Shown here one piece after another: positions 1 through 14,309 of a DNA stretch of 64,000 nt. The stretch is taken from the NCBI RefSeq assembly GCF_025526975.1, contig NW_026515669.1:1240001-1304000 (forward strand). The letters run 5' to 3'. Under the pieces are notes generated by a model, which was given only the letters and a program-made list of their open reading frames with translations, was not told where the DNA came from and did no database searches. How positions within the stretch are numbered: position 1 is the stretch's first letter; each line of letters starts with the position of its first letter. Both the position numbers and the translations under genes were made by a program. This DNA is from Fimicolochytrium jonesii (Eukaryota).

Positions 1-3000
1 CGGCTTCACCAACAATGTGGACTGGAACGTGGGTTACATCGAAAAGAAAGTGGACATTCGGCTGGCTCCCGCCGCCGATATTACGGCCACAAACGGTGAG
101 ATCTTCGACGGAGCGATATCTCAATTATCCTCGGATCCGACAGTTGTGACACCATCTTCCACGGCAGCTGTCCCGATGCCCAGCTTACAGCGCGATGGAC
201 ACTACGAAGAACTGGGACATCACAACAGATCTGACTCGGACGCCCAGGAAGGGAGCGATCGAGAGGAATTCGGGAACCCCTTGCCGATATTCAAGAGCTC
301 GTCAACGATCCCGCCACTAGGCCCAGAAGACCAGGACGGGTTCGGGTCGGATTGGGAAGTGGCATCTGTGGAGTCGGAGCCGGCCGCCAGTAGGTTTTCT
401 GATCGGGAAGAGGACGGGGAAGAGGAAGAAGGGCCCCCGGAGTTTTTGGTCGCGCAGTATGCCATGCAAGGGATGGATCCATTCTTTGGAGAGCGTCCAC
501 CGACAGAAGCGATTTGCGATCATTTGGAAAATTTCTTCCCGGCTCTTTCCTCCGAGACGCCGGCGGGCGTCTCCAACGTGAGACGCGGTTCGTTGGCACA
601 GACTCTGAAGCACACCGTTCGCGAAACTTTGAATCGCAAGAAGCTCGAACGGGTGGGCACTACTTCGTCTAGCTTTGGTAGGCGCCCTACTACGGTGCGG
701 GTTACGACGCGAAAGGAGACCCTGGTGGCCTCCTCTGTAGCCACGGATTCGGTTTTCGCGGAATCGGAGTCGATAGCAACCAAAGAATCGGCATCACCTC
801 ACAATGTTGTGACGGAGAATGGCAATATCACACGGCAGTGGGAAGATCGAATTGCCGACATCCCGGAGGAAATCAGTGTCGTTACTGGAAAGAATGCTGA
901 CTGGGTCCCCGTATCCACGCCGCTGCCGCGCTCGCCTACCACGAGGTCAAGTATGTTTGGCGTAAGTGATGGAGAGGGGGACACGCTGGACCGGCCAATG
1001 GCTAGCCGGAGACGTTCCGAAAAACGTTTGCTGGGCAAGCCCGGGGTTCGGAGACAATCAATGGACGTGGCACTGGAAACATTGTCCCTCCAGCGACCCG
1101 GCAAGCCCATGGCGCGGGTCTGGACAACCCGTCGGGAAGCGTTATCGCTGCCCCATCGAAGTGCGCTTTCCATTTCACGAAAGTTCAGCAATGAACGAAA
1201 TGCGGTTGCTACGACAGTAGGAGAGGCCGAGTCATCGATGAGGCGGGTCAAGAGTCAGGAGAATATGGAGTTCACCAAGCCTGGGGAGCTCATGAAGTCG
1301 ATGTATGCCAAGAAGTATGGACTGGCCACCCTGGGGAGATCTGACGGTGGGAGAAGGGGTAGTCTACCTCTCATCTCAGAAGATCCACTAGCTCGTCTGC
1401 AGAGTAAACGACGGGCTTCCATTGCGGTTGCTCATGAGCCCTTAAAGTCCAATGTCGAGCCATCAGAGCGACCCGTAGACCCGTCCGCGATGGCGACGGA
1501 GGACAACGTCGTTGGGCCGATTGAAGTTTCTGAAGATGCATCGCATCTGGCGCAACCGGTCGACCTTCCTGCAGCGCCTCAACCCGAGCAACCTGAGGAG
1601 CTGCCGGTTGTAGATGCCAGTCCTCTTCCGACGGCCCCGATGCCCTCCGTCGCAGAAGCCGCTGAATCAGAGGATGCCCCATCTTCACATATCGCTACAC
1701 TTCCCCGAGCCTTCACCATCGAGCCAGACACTCCACGGCGCGTGGAATGGATGTGTGGCCCATTGATTGGCAAAGGATCTTTCGCCAAGGTTTACTACGG
1801 GATCAAGGTGGACACAGGCGATATCATGGCGGTTAAGCAAGTCGAGATGATCAACATTCCGCGCAAAAAGGCCGGCGGCAAGAAGGATGCCAGGCGACGG
1901 ATGGTCGATGCCCTCCACCAGGAGATTACTCTTCTGAAGGATCTGGACCACGAAAATGTCGTCAGATACCTCGGATATGACGTGCAGGGAAAGCATATCA
2001 ATGTCTTCTTGGAATATGTTTCCGGTGGATCTATAGCTTCCGCAATCGCCACAATGGGACGCTTTGAAGAGCCGTTGGTCAGGAGTCTGACGTGCCAGAT
2101 TTTGTGCGGATTGCAGTATCTGCACGAGCGGGCGATCATACACAGAGATATTAAAGGCGGGAACGTACTGTTGGATGAAAGTGGTGTTGCCAAGATCACC
2201 GACTTTGGCATATCCAAGAAGAATGGTGAGCGTCGGTCGTCGACCTTGTGGGGCTGCAACTGGTAGAGACTGAACTCGAACTATCCTGCGTAGAATACAA
2301 GCTCGCCTACCGTATGAATACCAAGATGTCTCTTCAAGGCTCCGTCCACTGGATGGCACCGGAGGTTGTCAAAGCCAAAGGGTACTCCGCCAAAGTCGAC
2401 ATCTGGAGTCTGGGATGTCTCGTTCTCGAGATGTTTACGGGATACAACCCTTGGAGGCAACTGGATGAATTGCAGACGGTGTGGAAACTGGGACGAGAGA
2501 ACGCCCCGCCGATACCCGAGTGGTTGTCGCCTATGGCACAGGAGTTTTTGGCCAAATGCTTCACCATGTAGGTTTTCTGATCTGGCTCCGGTGGAGACTC
2601 GATGTCTAACACTCTTGCAATTATGGCAGTGACCCCGATCAACGCCCCACAGCGGCACAGTTACTCGATCACTCCTTCGCTGATGTCGACCCAGCAGATC
2701 TCGACTTCCGAGCCTACAAAGAGGCTGCTATCGCACAGAAACGCCTCGAGGAAGAAGCCGAGTCTTCTTATGACTCGGAAGATTACGAATCGGATGAGTT
2801 GGATGACGTACGGTACGCCGGTGGAGCGGGGCCCCGATTAACGTCCCGCGTGTCCATGCGCACCAACACTGTCCGGAGCTCCGCCAGCCGTCGCATGTTC
2901 AGCGTCAAGCGGAACTCGACCAAGAGATCTGTTTTTGTTGAGGTGCAAACCCAAGCGCAAACGAACAATGTCGAGCAAGCACCAACTCCTCAAGCAGAAG

Positions 3001-3260
3001 CAGCTTCGCAGCGAAAAACATCACCAGAGCCTTCCACAACCACAACCACAACCACCGCCAAGCCCATCAACATCCCTTCAAAGCCAAGCCCGCTTACCAT
3101 GAACCAAACATCAGCAGGCCACAAGTCGCCAAATCCGTCATCCAGCCCCATGTCACCACATCTCCTGTCCTCAAGCCCACAGTCGCCAATCTCCAGTTCG
3201 CCAAAGAAGGGATCCGTCCCTAAACTCCTTGCGCGAGCTGGCATCTCCATGATGTCTTGA
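1..3260 (+). CDS. BCK1: MAP kinase kinase kinase, BCK1/Mkh1-like (STE11 family); 5' end probably upstream of the window; introns 2226-2293 and 2568-2629
   Basis: Kinase motifs GKGSFAKVY, MAVKQV, HRDIKGGN, DFG, GSVHWMAPE; pre-kinase motif RPPTEAICDHLENFFP resembles Bck1 proteins; the two GT-AG introns restore the frame through DPDQRPTA to TGA at 3260. Confidence 0.85.
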
Positions 3261-4107
3261 AGGATCTATGCATCCCTCTGTCGCGATTGGCCGGTTTTGA
3301 TGCGAGGGCTTCACACCCTCGCAACGGCGTCAAGTTGGCCAAGTTTCCAGCGTGAGCCCTGTTCGCTCACGGTTTTCTCCATCCCTAGTACATATTTCTC
3401 CCCGTCTCCCATATTCTACATCATAGACACTCTAGCCATATTGTCGTGGCAGCTTCTCCATTATTTAGTCTACATTTTTTGGAATCCTCCTCTCGCGTAC
3501 ATACTACTCTTCAAATTTCATATCATCACATACAGGACTTGACGGTCTCAGCGGTCTTGAGGAGTTTTTATTCGCGCTCAACCCATCGTAGAGCTAGCGG
3601 TCAGGCATAACTCTCTGCAGATAACTGAATGGCTCCACACCAAGAATCCCGAGGCCGTCACGGAACGCATCATGGGAGTTGCTCTTCAGGAAGAGCAATG
3701 GGAGATGGTACGGTGGTTTACGAAATTAACTCGCGGTCCCCTGCCAATGGACTTCGCTACAAAATGGAGTGAGGACCGCGCCCGCCAGTATCAAGCATGA
3801 CCCGTTCGACAAACTGCCACCGCCCCGAAGGTTCAAGATTGACGACGAGAGGTTCGTCGCCGAAGTCCACGGCACCGTCATGTCAATTCGTCGGTTTCTT
3901 ATTCGGTCACGTGATGCCGTCATTGGATTCGCACTCTCGACTTGCTGTCTCGTCTCGGCAGGCGTTCCTCACTTGCGTCTGTCTGGACACCTGAGAGGGA
4001 CGTAACCGGCGGCTTTCGGTCCCAAGTTGTTGCGATTTCCACTGTAGAGGCCTTGGAAAGGTTTTCGGAGCTTTAAGCTACCCGAATCAGTAGTGGAAGT
4101 TATCAAA

Positions 4108-6349
4108 ATGGGCAAGGCAGCCAACAACAAGAAAAAAGCAGCTCGGCAGCGCCGGAATGACCCTACCGGGTTGAACAACGTTCCCGATGTCCAAACGGCT
4201 TCAGATGCACCGGCCACCACCCAGGCTGCGCCAATAGTAAAGAAGGTAAGCTCGTTTTCGTTCCTGAATCAAGGCAGGGACACGGTCTCATAGTCCGCAC
4301 CCCATTCAGCTTGCTTCGGCCTCTTTGGACGACAGAGCATGGGCAGCAACGGCCTTGTCAAACCTGGTCCTCGATGCCCACACTCGGAGGAGTCTTCTCG
4401 CCGACGACATTATTGGCCAGCTACTTTCTGTCCTATCCACTGAAGGTCACGCCGAGGTGATCGTTGAGGTGTGCGGAGCCCTCCGAAACCTAGCTGTTGC
4501 TGGGGGAGAAGAAGTCTGCATGGAGCTCGGTCGTCGTAATGGGGTGGCCCCGCTGATGGGGTTGTTGGAAAAGGTGCAGACATGGATCTCGACACGGTTG
4601 GCTGACGCGGCAGTGATCGCGCAGGGAGGAACCGTACCTCAAATCGCGGACAAAGTAGAGGTGGAGAACAGGAGATACTGCTTCGACATTGCCGAGTCGG
4701 TTGTTCAGTTGTTGTGGTCGTTGTGCGAGGCGTCAGACCAGGTCGTCAAGTTCTTGACCCAGACGCAGGTCATTCCGTTTTTGATGGAGCTTGTGAAGCA
4801 CGCGAATGACATTCCATGGAAGTTGGTGCAGGTCTCTGCACAATGCTTGCATACTCTCACGGATGAGAACCCTCAAACTCATTCGCTGTTTGAGCAACAC
4901 CCCGATTACGCAGAAAAGTTGGCAGCTATCGCATCTGGATCTGAATCCGCTTTTGATACGTGGAATGAGAATCGAATGTTGCTCCGACCTTTGAGTGCAG
5001 GCATTCTGTACAACATTCGTGAGGCACCAATCGCGCAGACACCGGTCGCTAAGCAGGCTATCTATACTGCTATCTTTCGAGCAATCGAGTCTTGCTTAGG
5101 ATGCGATATTCCCGCGGCGCAGGCTGCCGCGGTGGCGATCTCGAAAGCGATGGAAGAGACAGCGGCCAAATTGCCATCGGGAGACGCAAGCGACGGGAAC
5201 GATGCGGGAGTGGACATCCAGGAGATTGTGAACCAGGAAAATGCCCGCATGGGTGTTTTGGAGGGTCACATGGAGACGGTGCAGCTCGCGTTGGAGTTGC
5301 TCGCCAATGTTGCTGTCGTCGAAGAGGGTCACGACGATTGGGCGGTGGAAGGGATGGACGGTGACGGTGAATCTGGAGATGAGATGGAGGACGACGATGA
5401 GGATGTGATGGAGATGATGGAGGCTGACATGGCCACTATCAAGGAGGACGAGGCGGGTGCACCAAATGGGACGGAGGCGCCCCTCGATCCTGTGTTGAAC
5501 ATGCTGCTTGGCGACTTCCCAGCGATATTCACCAGGGTTGTCCAGCTGATCGCTCCGCCGAAAGCCCTTGCGCCAGAAACATCATCCGATGGCCCCGTAG
5601 AAACAAACCTTACCGCCCAGCTCATCATCATCCAAACCCGAGCCCTTATCGCGCTCACCAACATCCTGTCAACTCCTCTCGCATCCCGTTTCCTCACCTC
5701 TTCCGCCATCACCAATGAACTCTGGGACCACCTCTTCATCGCCGCTCAGAGCAGTGGCCTAGGTACTGATGATTTCCACCAGGATGTGCTGGACGCCGCT
5801 TGGGGTGCCACATGGGCTGTCACAAGACACATGGACAGCTCGCCCGCGACGCGTATTACACCGTCGGAAACACATATCACCACCCTGCAGCAATCCTCTG
5901 CACAACACCTCGGATCCACGCCGATTCCAGACGCCGTTCGTCAAAAGGCCGCAAACATCCTCACCTTACTCGCCAAGCAGTCCCCGTCCATCCCCGTCAC
6001 CACCCAGATCACCATCCACCTCCTCGTCCTCTTTGCGTCTACCCTGCAACAATCCTCAAGCACTCCTCAATCTCACGCAGCATCCGTCTCACTCGCGTCG
6101 GATATCTTAAACGGGTTCTACGACATCTTCCCCGACGCGCTGACGGACCCGACCGACTGTGTGTACGTCGCCAACAACATGAACGCTAAGCTGAAGGAGC
6201 TGATCCCGGCGTTCAGGACGGCGGTGAAAACCGTTGATAAGCGGAAGTTTAGGGAGGTTAGGGAACGGGCTGAGGAGGCGTTACTGAATATGAGGGCGTT
6301 TGTCGATTATAAGGAGAAGGAGAGGAGAAATATGCCTGTGCGAGCGTAG
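4108..6349 (+). CDS. SYO1: Symportin-1 / HEATR3-like ARM-HEAT protein (uL5/uL18 import adaptor); exon 1 4108-4245, exon 2 4310-6349
   Basis: N-terminus MGK..KKK..RRNDPTG; DRAWAATALSNL; CGALRNL; acidic DEMEDDDE loop; C-terminal DKRK..RERAEEALLNMRAFVDYK; the intron joins in frame. Confidence 0.85.
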
Positions 6350-6547
6350 TCTGCGCTGCTATTCTGCATTGCAGAACGGCTGCGACACAGCCACACGATG
6401 TGATTTATTTTGTTTATAACCCCACTGTATTTATTACTGCAAAACACATACCACATGGCACGCATCACTTCATGACCCTCAAACGAATCTTACGAGTGAA
6501 CAAGTCGACCGAAACATGTGACCTTAGTTAAACGTGTATAATAGTGT

Positions 6548-7840
6548 CATGGGGTAGGGTTACTGTCATGGGTTAGGGTTACACCCATGTCCTTCTTCGC
6601 TTCTTTGCCTTTCTTCCCTTTTTTCCCACGCATCTTTCGTTAGCGGACATTAGCAGAAAATCGAAAGAGTCGTATCGATGTATAAGTTCCGAGACACATC
6701 CGCTTCATGCATACGCTTTTGTGGATGAGCAACTTTGTATCTACAATTCTAGGGATCATACACAGCATCAACCATCGTCTACGCTAGAACCCGTCGGGCG
6801 GCCGCTAAATACGTCCGAGTTTCCGATTTGGACGGCCCAACTCGGACCTTTACATGCACCACGTTTGCTCGCAAGGAACACATCCACAACAATTGGCAGC
6901 ATGCTACCTGCGCATCAACCTGTAGTCCGACGGGGCGAGGTATGCGTGTTGAACGTCGCGTTCCCCCAGGAATCAACACTCATACAGCGCATGCAATGTC
7001 TCAACCTCGAACGCACTTTGAAGCTATGCCCCCAAAAGCACATAGGTTGAAAGTCAGAAAGCTTGCAATGGGAATCAGGGCAACGAATGAATCATATCGC
7101 ACCTGACTGACAATCTCTGCAACCTCTTTGGAGTTCTGCAAAGCTTTCTTGTCGATTGTGCATGTGCCGTCTCCCATGCTTAGGATCAGTGACGCCATGC
7201 GTTGTTTCATACGCTCTTTCTGAAGGCACAAATGGCGTTAGATATCGCACGAATATTGCCCGCTTTGGGGAACGAACGGAACCGCTGACTAACCTGCTCG
7301 CTGATTTGCGGGAACTTTTCGGCAGGGACGGTTTCCCGGAGGGGCGGCAGTGTCCTGGCCTGTCGGCAGAAAGTCCCTGAGTATTCCGTCACAGTCTCAT
7401 CAGAGTGTTGCCCTACGCCTACGTGTACCCACCAAGGTTGTCAATGTCCTCCCAGACACAGGCACATCCTGAACGAGGCCCTGAACCCCATCTAAGAAAT
7501 TCATCCAAGCGTCATCCCGCGACTGCAGGTACACGTCCAATCCGACATCCTGCGGCTCCGCGGTCCTCGCTGCCATGTCGAGCTGCCCGTCGACCAGATT
7601 CACAGTGATATTCTTCGCTTCCGGCCCAGCCACGCCATTCAGCCATGCAAACATGCTCCCAATCGCTTTGTTGACCATCGCCGCGCCAGCCTGCCACGAC
7701 GGGCCCGATCCAGGGTAGAATAGGAGCTGGGCATGTGGGAACTGTAGGAAAGCTGTTGGCGGGTATTGTGTTCGTATTTCCGAGTTTGATGATGCGGAAG
7801 GGGAAGCGCGGGAGTGGTTTGAGTAGGATGGAGGGATCAT
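6548..7840 (-). CDS. Hypothetical multi-exon protein with a possible Lys-rich C-terminus (MRGKKGKKGKEAKK)
   Basis: Consecutive protein-like minus-strand ORF fragments separated by plausible GT..ctaac..AG introns; no recognisable family and the exon model is uncertain. Confidence 0.35.
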
Positions 7841-8698
7841 TTTCGTTACGCTTGTGTGGTGAAGCGCAAAATGCAGAGTTCGTGTAGCGGATAACGTGAA
7901 CTCCGGGACGAGGACGCGGTTGGAGTTAAGATATCCTGTGAGCAGACGGAAAGGCTACTAGCCTTTGATGAGTGAGCCTGGGCATCCAGCAGTTGAGGGA
8001 TCAACAAACACGCAGCGTGCCATACATAACTAGATTCGAGGGCTCCCTTGCCAGTTCCGTCCTCTGTTGGTGCAAAATGCAGCAGGATGGGCGCCCCAGT
8101 GTCATCATCTTCAAAAGTACCGGACGTGCGTCAGACGCGGATTCTAAATACCACGAGGTCAAGCAGAAGCAGGAACTTGCACCTTTCACGTCGACAAGGG
8201 CTAGACTGGCCCACCCTGTGAAAAGGGCCTCACATTCATAGCGGCATCGCCTTTGTCTTCCCGCATACTGCTTGTCCGCTGTGCCAGCCTGCTCCCCCTG
8301 AGTTTCTCCTCCTAAGCTGTCGGCTGAGATTCTTGAAAGTAAAGAGAGCCAAGGCTGTGCTTGGAGAAAACGTGCGGGGTCCATTGCGCCCTCTATTCTC
8401 ACTGCCTCGTCGTTAAAGGTGGTTTATCTCTCATGCACCTTTGCGAATTCTCGGCCCAGAATTCATGTCCGACCGCCGGCATGTCACTTGTGCGTGCGCA
8501 GTCAAGGCCCCCGACGCGCGCACGCAACGGACACGAGAACAGCTCCAGAAAGCCATCACGTCGTTGCTTCTGCATCTCTCTCGTTGACGCTTGCATATCG
8601 ATCTGCCATATCTATGTACCCACTGACAGCTCGCTCCCTCCCTCCCCTCCTAAAACTCATCAAGTAGATCTCCTCAAGCGGTTGTGGCGAGAAACACG

Positions 8699-10353
8699 AT
8701 GGCAGCACCTGCAAGTCCTCCGGACATTGCCAAGGTCACTGAAGCCTTGGCCGAACTCAAGAAGCTGGAGGTAGGGTTCATGTCGATAGTGAGACGGTCT
8801 GCTTCATTGCTTCCTGCCCCGGACGTAGGCGGCAAATTGTGGATGTGCTCCGGCCACGTAAAATGTCTCCACTGCGATAGATCCCTTCTTCCTCTTGTTT
8901 CCTCACTCCAGTTCATAAACTTATCAATAACTGTTCTGCATCTCCCTGTAGACAAGGGCAGCCGCTTTCAATGAACTAGCCCGTCAAGTCAACGCGGAGG
9001 AGGCAGCTTGCCTGAAGGAGATTGGGAAATGCAAAAAACTACTGAAGGAGCTCCAGGCAACGAGAAAGGCGGAGGCAGCGGCAAATGCATCACCAAAGTC
9101 GCGACTGAAGATAGCCATCCCGAATGGGAAGCCTGGCTCGGCAGAAGTTATCGCGCAACTGTGGGATGAGAAACTGGAACTTATCCGCAGAAAGATCCAG
9201 CATCTGGAGTTCCAGTTCCCTAAACCTGCACAGTAAGTATAGGCAACGGGCGAATGATGATAATATCGAGACAGTCTGCAAGAGTCCTTCACGAAGACTG
9301 TATTCTTCGTGCTTTTATATACTTTACCTTGGGATTTACTGATTATGGCTGGTTATAGCATCATCCTGCGCCTCGCTCTTGGCTCCTACGCGCCGGTATC
9401 ATTGAAGCCGCTGCAACTACGGTTACAATACAAGCAAGAATATGAGATCTTCAAATTACGCTTTTCGCTCATCTTCCTCGCCTTCTCCGTCCTGGGTCTG
9501 GGAGTCATCAGAAACCGGGCCTTTGACGCCATATTTGGTTTCGCCATTCTCTACTACTACTGCACATGTATTCTACGTGAGCACATCTTGCTTGTCAACG
9601 GCAGCCGGATCCGATCCTGGTGGTTCGGGCATCACTACCTTTCCATCATCTTGAGTGGAGTTCTTCTGGTAGGGGTTGTCTTACAGCAAACTTCTGTCCA
9701 GAAACTTCGCCTTGTACCACTTGCTAAATCGACCTCATTGTCATTTTAAGATATGGCCATCCACTCCGGCGTACCGATCCTTCCGCACACCCTTTTTTGC
9801 CTTCGCCGGCTTCATGCAAGTCATGCAATATCTTCAATACCGATACCAACGATCCCGGCTGTACGTTCTCGTCACACTAGACCGGGCTCGGCCCATGGAC
9901 ACTGTAGCTGGAGATGGATTCTTTTCAGCATCAATGGAGCGCGAGTTCTTCCTCCTGGTCCCCTTTCTCGTCATCGGCCAGCTATGGCAGCTCTACAATG
10001 CGTACATTCTTTACGTCTTTTGGCACACTTCCGAGGGACAAGAAGGCTGGCAAGGCTTGGCTGCAGCAATCCTGTTCGCAATACTGGGAGTCGGGAACAC
10101 GGTCACCACATTACGGACGTGGCGCGCGAAGAAGAAAGGGGCTTCCCTGCCAAGCTCCTTGATGCCGGGGAGCCCTCCTATAACCTCGCCACTCGCTTCC
10201 CCGACGTCTCCCACCTCAAGCGCACCGTTGAATGGGAACGGATCGGTTGCACCCTCTGCACCACAACCGGCAACTGCTGCGCAGGAGGAGTACCCTTTCC
10301 CAGCAGTCAAAAGCCAACACAAGCCGAACATTTCCAAGCTATCCGAACGATAG
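8699..10353 (+). CDS. TMEM120: TMEM120 (TMPIT/TACAN) family membrane protein, 4 exons
   Basis: N-terminal coiled coil, YKQEYEIFKL, ILREHILLVNGSRIRSWWFGHHYLS, QYRYQRSRLY, several TM helices; introns near 8771-8951, 9233-9358 and 9669-9750. Confidence 0.9.
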
Positions 10354-10882
10354 TTAGGCCTTCTCAACATAGCTACGCCAATACCGGTGTGCCCACTGCG
10401 CACTCATGAGACCGCTTCGAGCCACCTCCGCGTCGTACTATCCGTAGCATAGTGGCGGACTAGAGTGTCTCCGGAGCTATTCGCCATCCCCAACCTTCTG
10501 CCTTACATTCCGCAAGATAGTCTCTATCGTAGATGCTTATGATAGGATAACGGGCCATACTGTCACCATACATACAATAAATAGAAAATTTTGAAAGGTT
10601 GACACTACGGGTATAGCTGTCCTCCGTAGTACTTCCCGATGGCATTCTTGTGCTGCTAGATGTAAGTGGACCTTGCTGAAGCATCGGTGGGTACCAGAGG
10701 CCAGGACGGGACGACGACCTAGAACTATTCCAATTGCTGATGACACATCAGTTGTCCGAATCTTTTACGCGGCGTGTCCGACCGGCGGCCTTCCAACTTT
10801 TTTGCCGGGAACAGCGTTTTCGCACGGTCCTTCGCCGAAATATCATCGTTACGCCCCGGCCCACTCTGACCGCCACGCAATC

Positions 10883-13800
10883 ATGTCTGACAAACGGGAG
10901 AGCGTCTCTCCGCCTACCGAAGAGGCTGAGAAGTCGTCTCGGAAAAGAAAGGCGTCAGATAACTCCGCGTCTGAAAGCCTCGACCCCGACGAACTGGTGC
11001 CAGTGAGTTGGGGAGGACAGCAAGTCAGTAACCTAGTATTATCCATACTGACTCCCTTTTCCCAGGTTTATCTCCGCATGCGGCCCTCTGACGGTGAGGA
11101 ACGCTTTGTAAATGCTGTCAACGATAAGATGGTGGAGGTCTCCAGTGCGGAGGTTCGTGAGAGTCTCTGCGAAGGCTTGGACCTTGCATAAAAAGCGGTG
11201 CCCTGACGTTTCGATAGGCAGCACGGGTAACAAAAGTCAAGCTTGCAAAGACGGAAAACTACATGTTCTCGAAAGTATACGGCGAAAAAACGACCCAGGC
11301 CGACCTTTTTGCGGAAGTTGTAGGACCGATGGTTGACAGCGTTTTCAAGCCAGGGGGCTACACCGGAGTGGTATTGGCGTATGGAGCATCCAACAGTGGA
11401 AAGGTGGGAGTGGGACATACAACAGTCGAGAGGGAAGCCATGCTCAAACGGGTCAGCACATTTGACACGTCTATTTCACAGACGTTCACGGTCAATGGGA
11501 CTAGCGAGAACCCGGGGTTGCTTGTGCGAACCATCGACTCAGTGCTGCAACGGATCGGTACGGCGCTATGTAGGAAGGAGATTAAACCGGCCCGGTGGAA
11601 CGACGTCAAGACGCTGTCGCACGGGATCATCGAGACAGCGAAGAACACGATCCTGGGCGGGAAGGCGGAGTTCTGCCTCTTTCTATCGTTTGCTGAGGTT
11701 TATATGGAACAAATATATGATCTGTACAGCGAGCCGGCGGAGAAGGTGGCCGGTAGCGGAAAGGAGGCAGTATTTAAAAACAAAGCTGACAGTACGCGGC
11801 GAGTGGCACAAACGAAGGAAGATGCGAACGGCCGAAAGGTGTGGATCAAAGAGGGCAGGCGCTCGGGAAGCCGCATGCTCACCCGCTGCTTTGTTTGCAA
11901 CAGTATCTGTACGCACAAAACGAGGTCCGCATCCGCAACAAAGCGGAAGCCGAACAAGCCATTGCGAGGATGCTCGAAAGCCGGCAAAACGTATCCACCA
12001 ATATGAATAGTGCAAGCTCGCGGTCACATCTAATTGCGGTGGTGAAGGTTTTGCGGGTGCCACTGTCGGAAAGCGGAAGTCCTCAGGTAGTTATGTTTCT
12101 TCGGGTTGAGAGCGCGTGCTAGTGCATTTTGCTTACCGTGTACTCGCAGCTCGAGAATATCGAAACGAGTCGCATATCAATAGTTGATCTTGCTGGTTCG
12201 GAACGGTTGGGAATCTCCGGAGTCGAGGGCAAGGCTCACGGAGAGACGAAGAAGATTCATCAAGGTTTACATGTAAGACTGATCGTAAAGAAGGCGCAAA
12301 TGCATGCGACAAATCTTACCTCCTCATGTATAGGCTCTCGCAAACTGTATCGAAATCATGAGGCAAAACCACGCACGGACTGGAAAGAAGTCCCACATTC
12401 CATGGCGCGATAGCAAATTGACGATGCTTTTGCAGCCTTACTTTGAGGCCGGACAACCAGTACGTGTACATCTTTCGTCAGTGCCCTGCCTATCGACACA
12501 ATTGCTGACTTTTTGCAGGCTTTCATAATTAATGGTAGGTCCGAGGCGGGGCTCCTGCGTGAATGAGCATGCCGTTGTTGACGAACCGTCCCTAGTCAAT
12601 CCCTCGATGATCTATCGGCGAGTAACGCTAGAGGTGTTCAGGTTTGCACAAAGAGCAGGCGCTCTGCGAAGCGAGCAAGCCATCGCACCATGTAGGGCAT
12701 ACCTCACTGCGCGTTTCACAATTTCTATGGCCGTCCCAGTGTTCACCCGTTGTTCTACAAATGCAGCGCAAGCGAACAGCCAGGTTACGGAGTTGATGAA
12801 TCAGATCGAGGTCTTGCGCCAACAACTTTACGAGCAGCAGCTCAAACTTGTGGAGCAAGAAATGGAGATTCGAGAGTCCTGCGCTAAAGACATGAGCCGA
12901 CGGCTACATGAGATCGAAGTGAAATACCAGGATCGCCGACAGCAGGCAGAGCTCTTCGAAGCGGAAAGACTTGAGAAGAAGCTGGATATGGCATCAGCTA
13001 TGTTCAAAGGTGCCCACCAATGATGTTTGCAAAATCCTGTGTTGGCAAAGCCACAACTCAATGTTCCTGCTTTCCTTCGTCAGAGCAGATACAGAAGCTG
13101 CAAAGGCGGATTGCGGAGCAATCATCTTTGATCGAGAAACAGCGAAAGCAGATCGAGGGAAACTTAACGCAGGACACCGTCACTCAGGTGCTGCAGCAAC
13201 AGGTATCGCCTTGCATATGGACCTGACCATCCATTTCTAGATTCACATGCTAAGCAGCCTTCATCCGAGTGCAGATAAGCTCCCTTCATGACGAGTTGAA
13301 TGAGCAGGCGAAGAAATTGGACAAGGAGCGGAAGGAGAAGCTCGCATTACAGGAAGAAGTGGAAAGGCTTCGACTGAACGCAACTTCTAATGTTCAACCA
13401 GAAGTAGCTGAGGTGAGGGGAAATCGACACAATTCGCTGGATTCCCCACTCTGAGCCCAATCTCTTGACCAGACTCGACGAAATTGCGAAGCTGAGGCTG
13501 CAGAAATGGCTTCCCGAAGTCGCGACGAGGAACGGCGGATACAGGATGAAAGGCAACTGGATGTGCGTTCTTGCAATCTTCAAGACGTTTGAGCAGCAGC
13601 GTAAGACCTCCAATCTGACAATGTCATTTGCAGCTCAAGGCAACGATTGCGAACCAAGCGGCTCTGATCGAACAACTACAGAACGACGTCCGACGACTGA
13701 GCAAGCCGAAGCGCTCCAAGAAGAGTAGCAACACCTCCCAGACGAAGAAAGGTGGCGCGCCGGACGATACCCCACCCCCAGTTTCCGCGCCCGACCCGCC

Positions 13801-14309
13801 AATGGGGAGCGATATGAGGCCCACCTCCAGTGTTGAAGACCAAGTGATTCCTCCTGACGGGAACGCTTCTCTGCATGACTCCCCCATTGAGGAAGAGCTG
13901 GATAAGGAGAATGAGAAGACTGGGTCCACCCAGAGCCAAGAAGAGTTGGCAGCATCTCAATCCGGACGCGGAACAGGAAGTAACCCTGATTTGGGAAACG
14001 AGCCAAGCACGGAGGTGAGCCTCGCGCGGATTATGAATGTAGTGATTGCTTGAGCTCATCGCAGTCTTTTCCAGCCGAAACAGCCAGATGTAGACGTCAA
14101 ATTGGAGGCGCCGGTGAAGAAAACGAGGTGGGTTGCCAGACCGATATCCTGATGGCCCCGATACTGGCTAATGGATGTACTTGACTTTCCTCGCCAGACG
14201 GCTGAAGGGCAAGAAAGCCGTTGCAATCGATGATGTGGAAACTCCGGCACGACGAAAGTCACAGAAGCGATACTCTTCCATAGTCCATAACTTGACACAA
14301 AGGGGCTAA
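10883..14309 (+). CDS. Kinesin motor, probably kinesin-6 (KIF20/KIF23/Klp9-like); many short exons
   Basis: VYLRMRP, FSKVY, P-loop YGASNSGK|T, NMNSASSRSH, IVDLAGSER, PWRDSKLT; long insertion after the P-loop region as in kinesin-6; coiled-coil stalk; spliced end at TAA 14309. Confidence 0.85.
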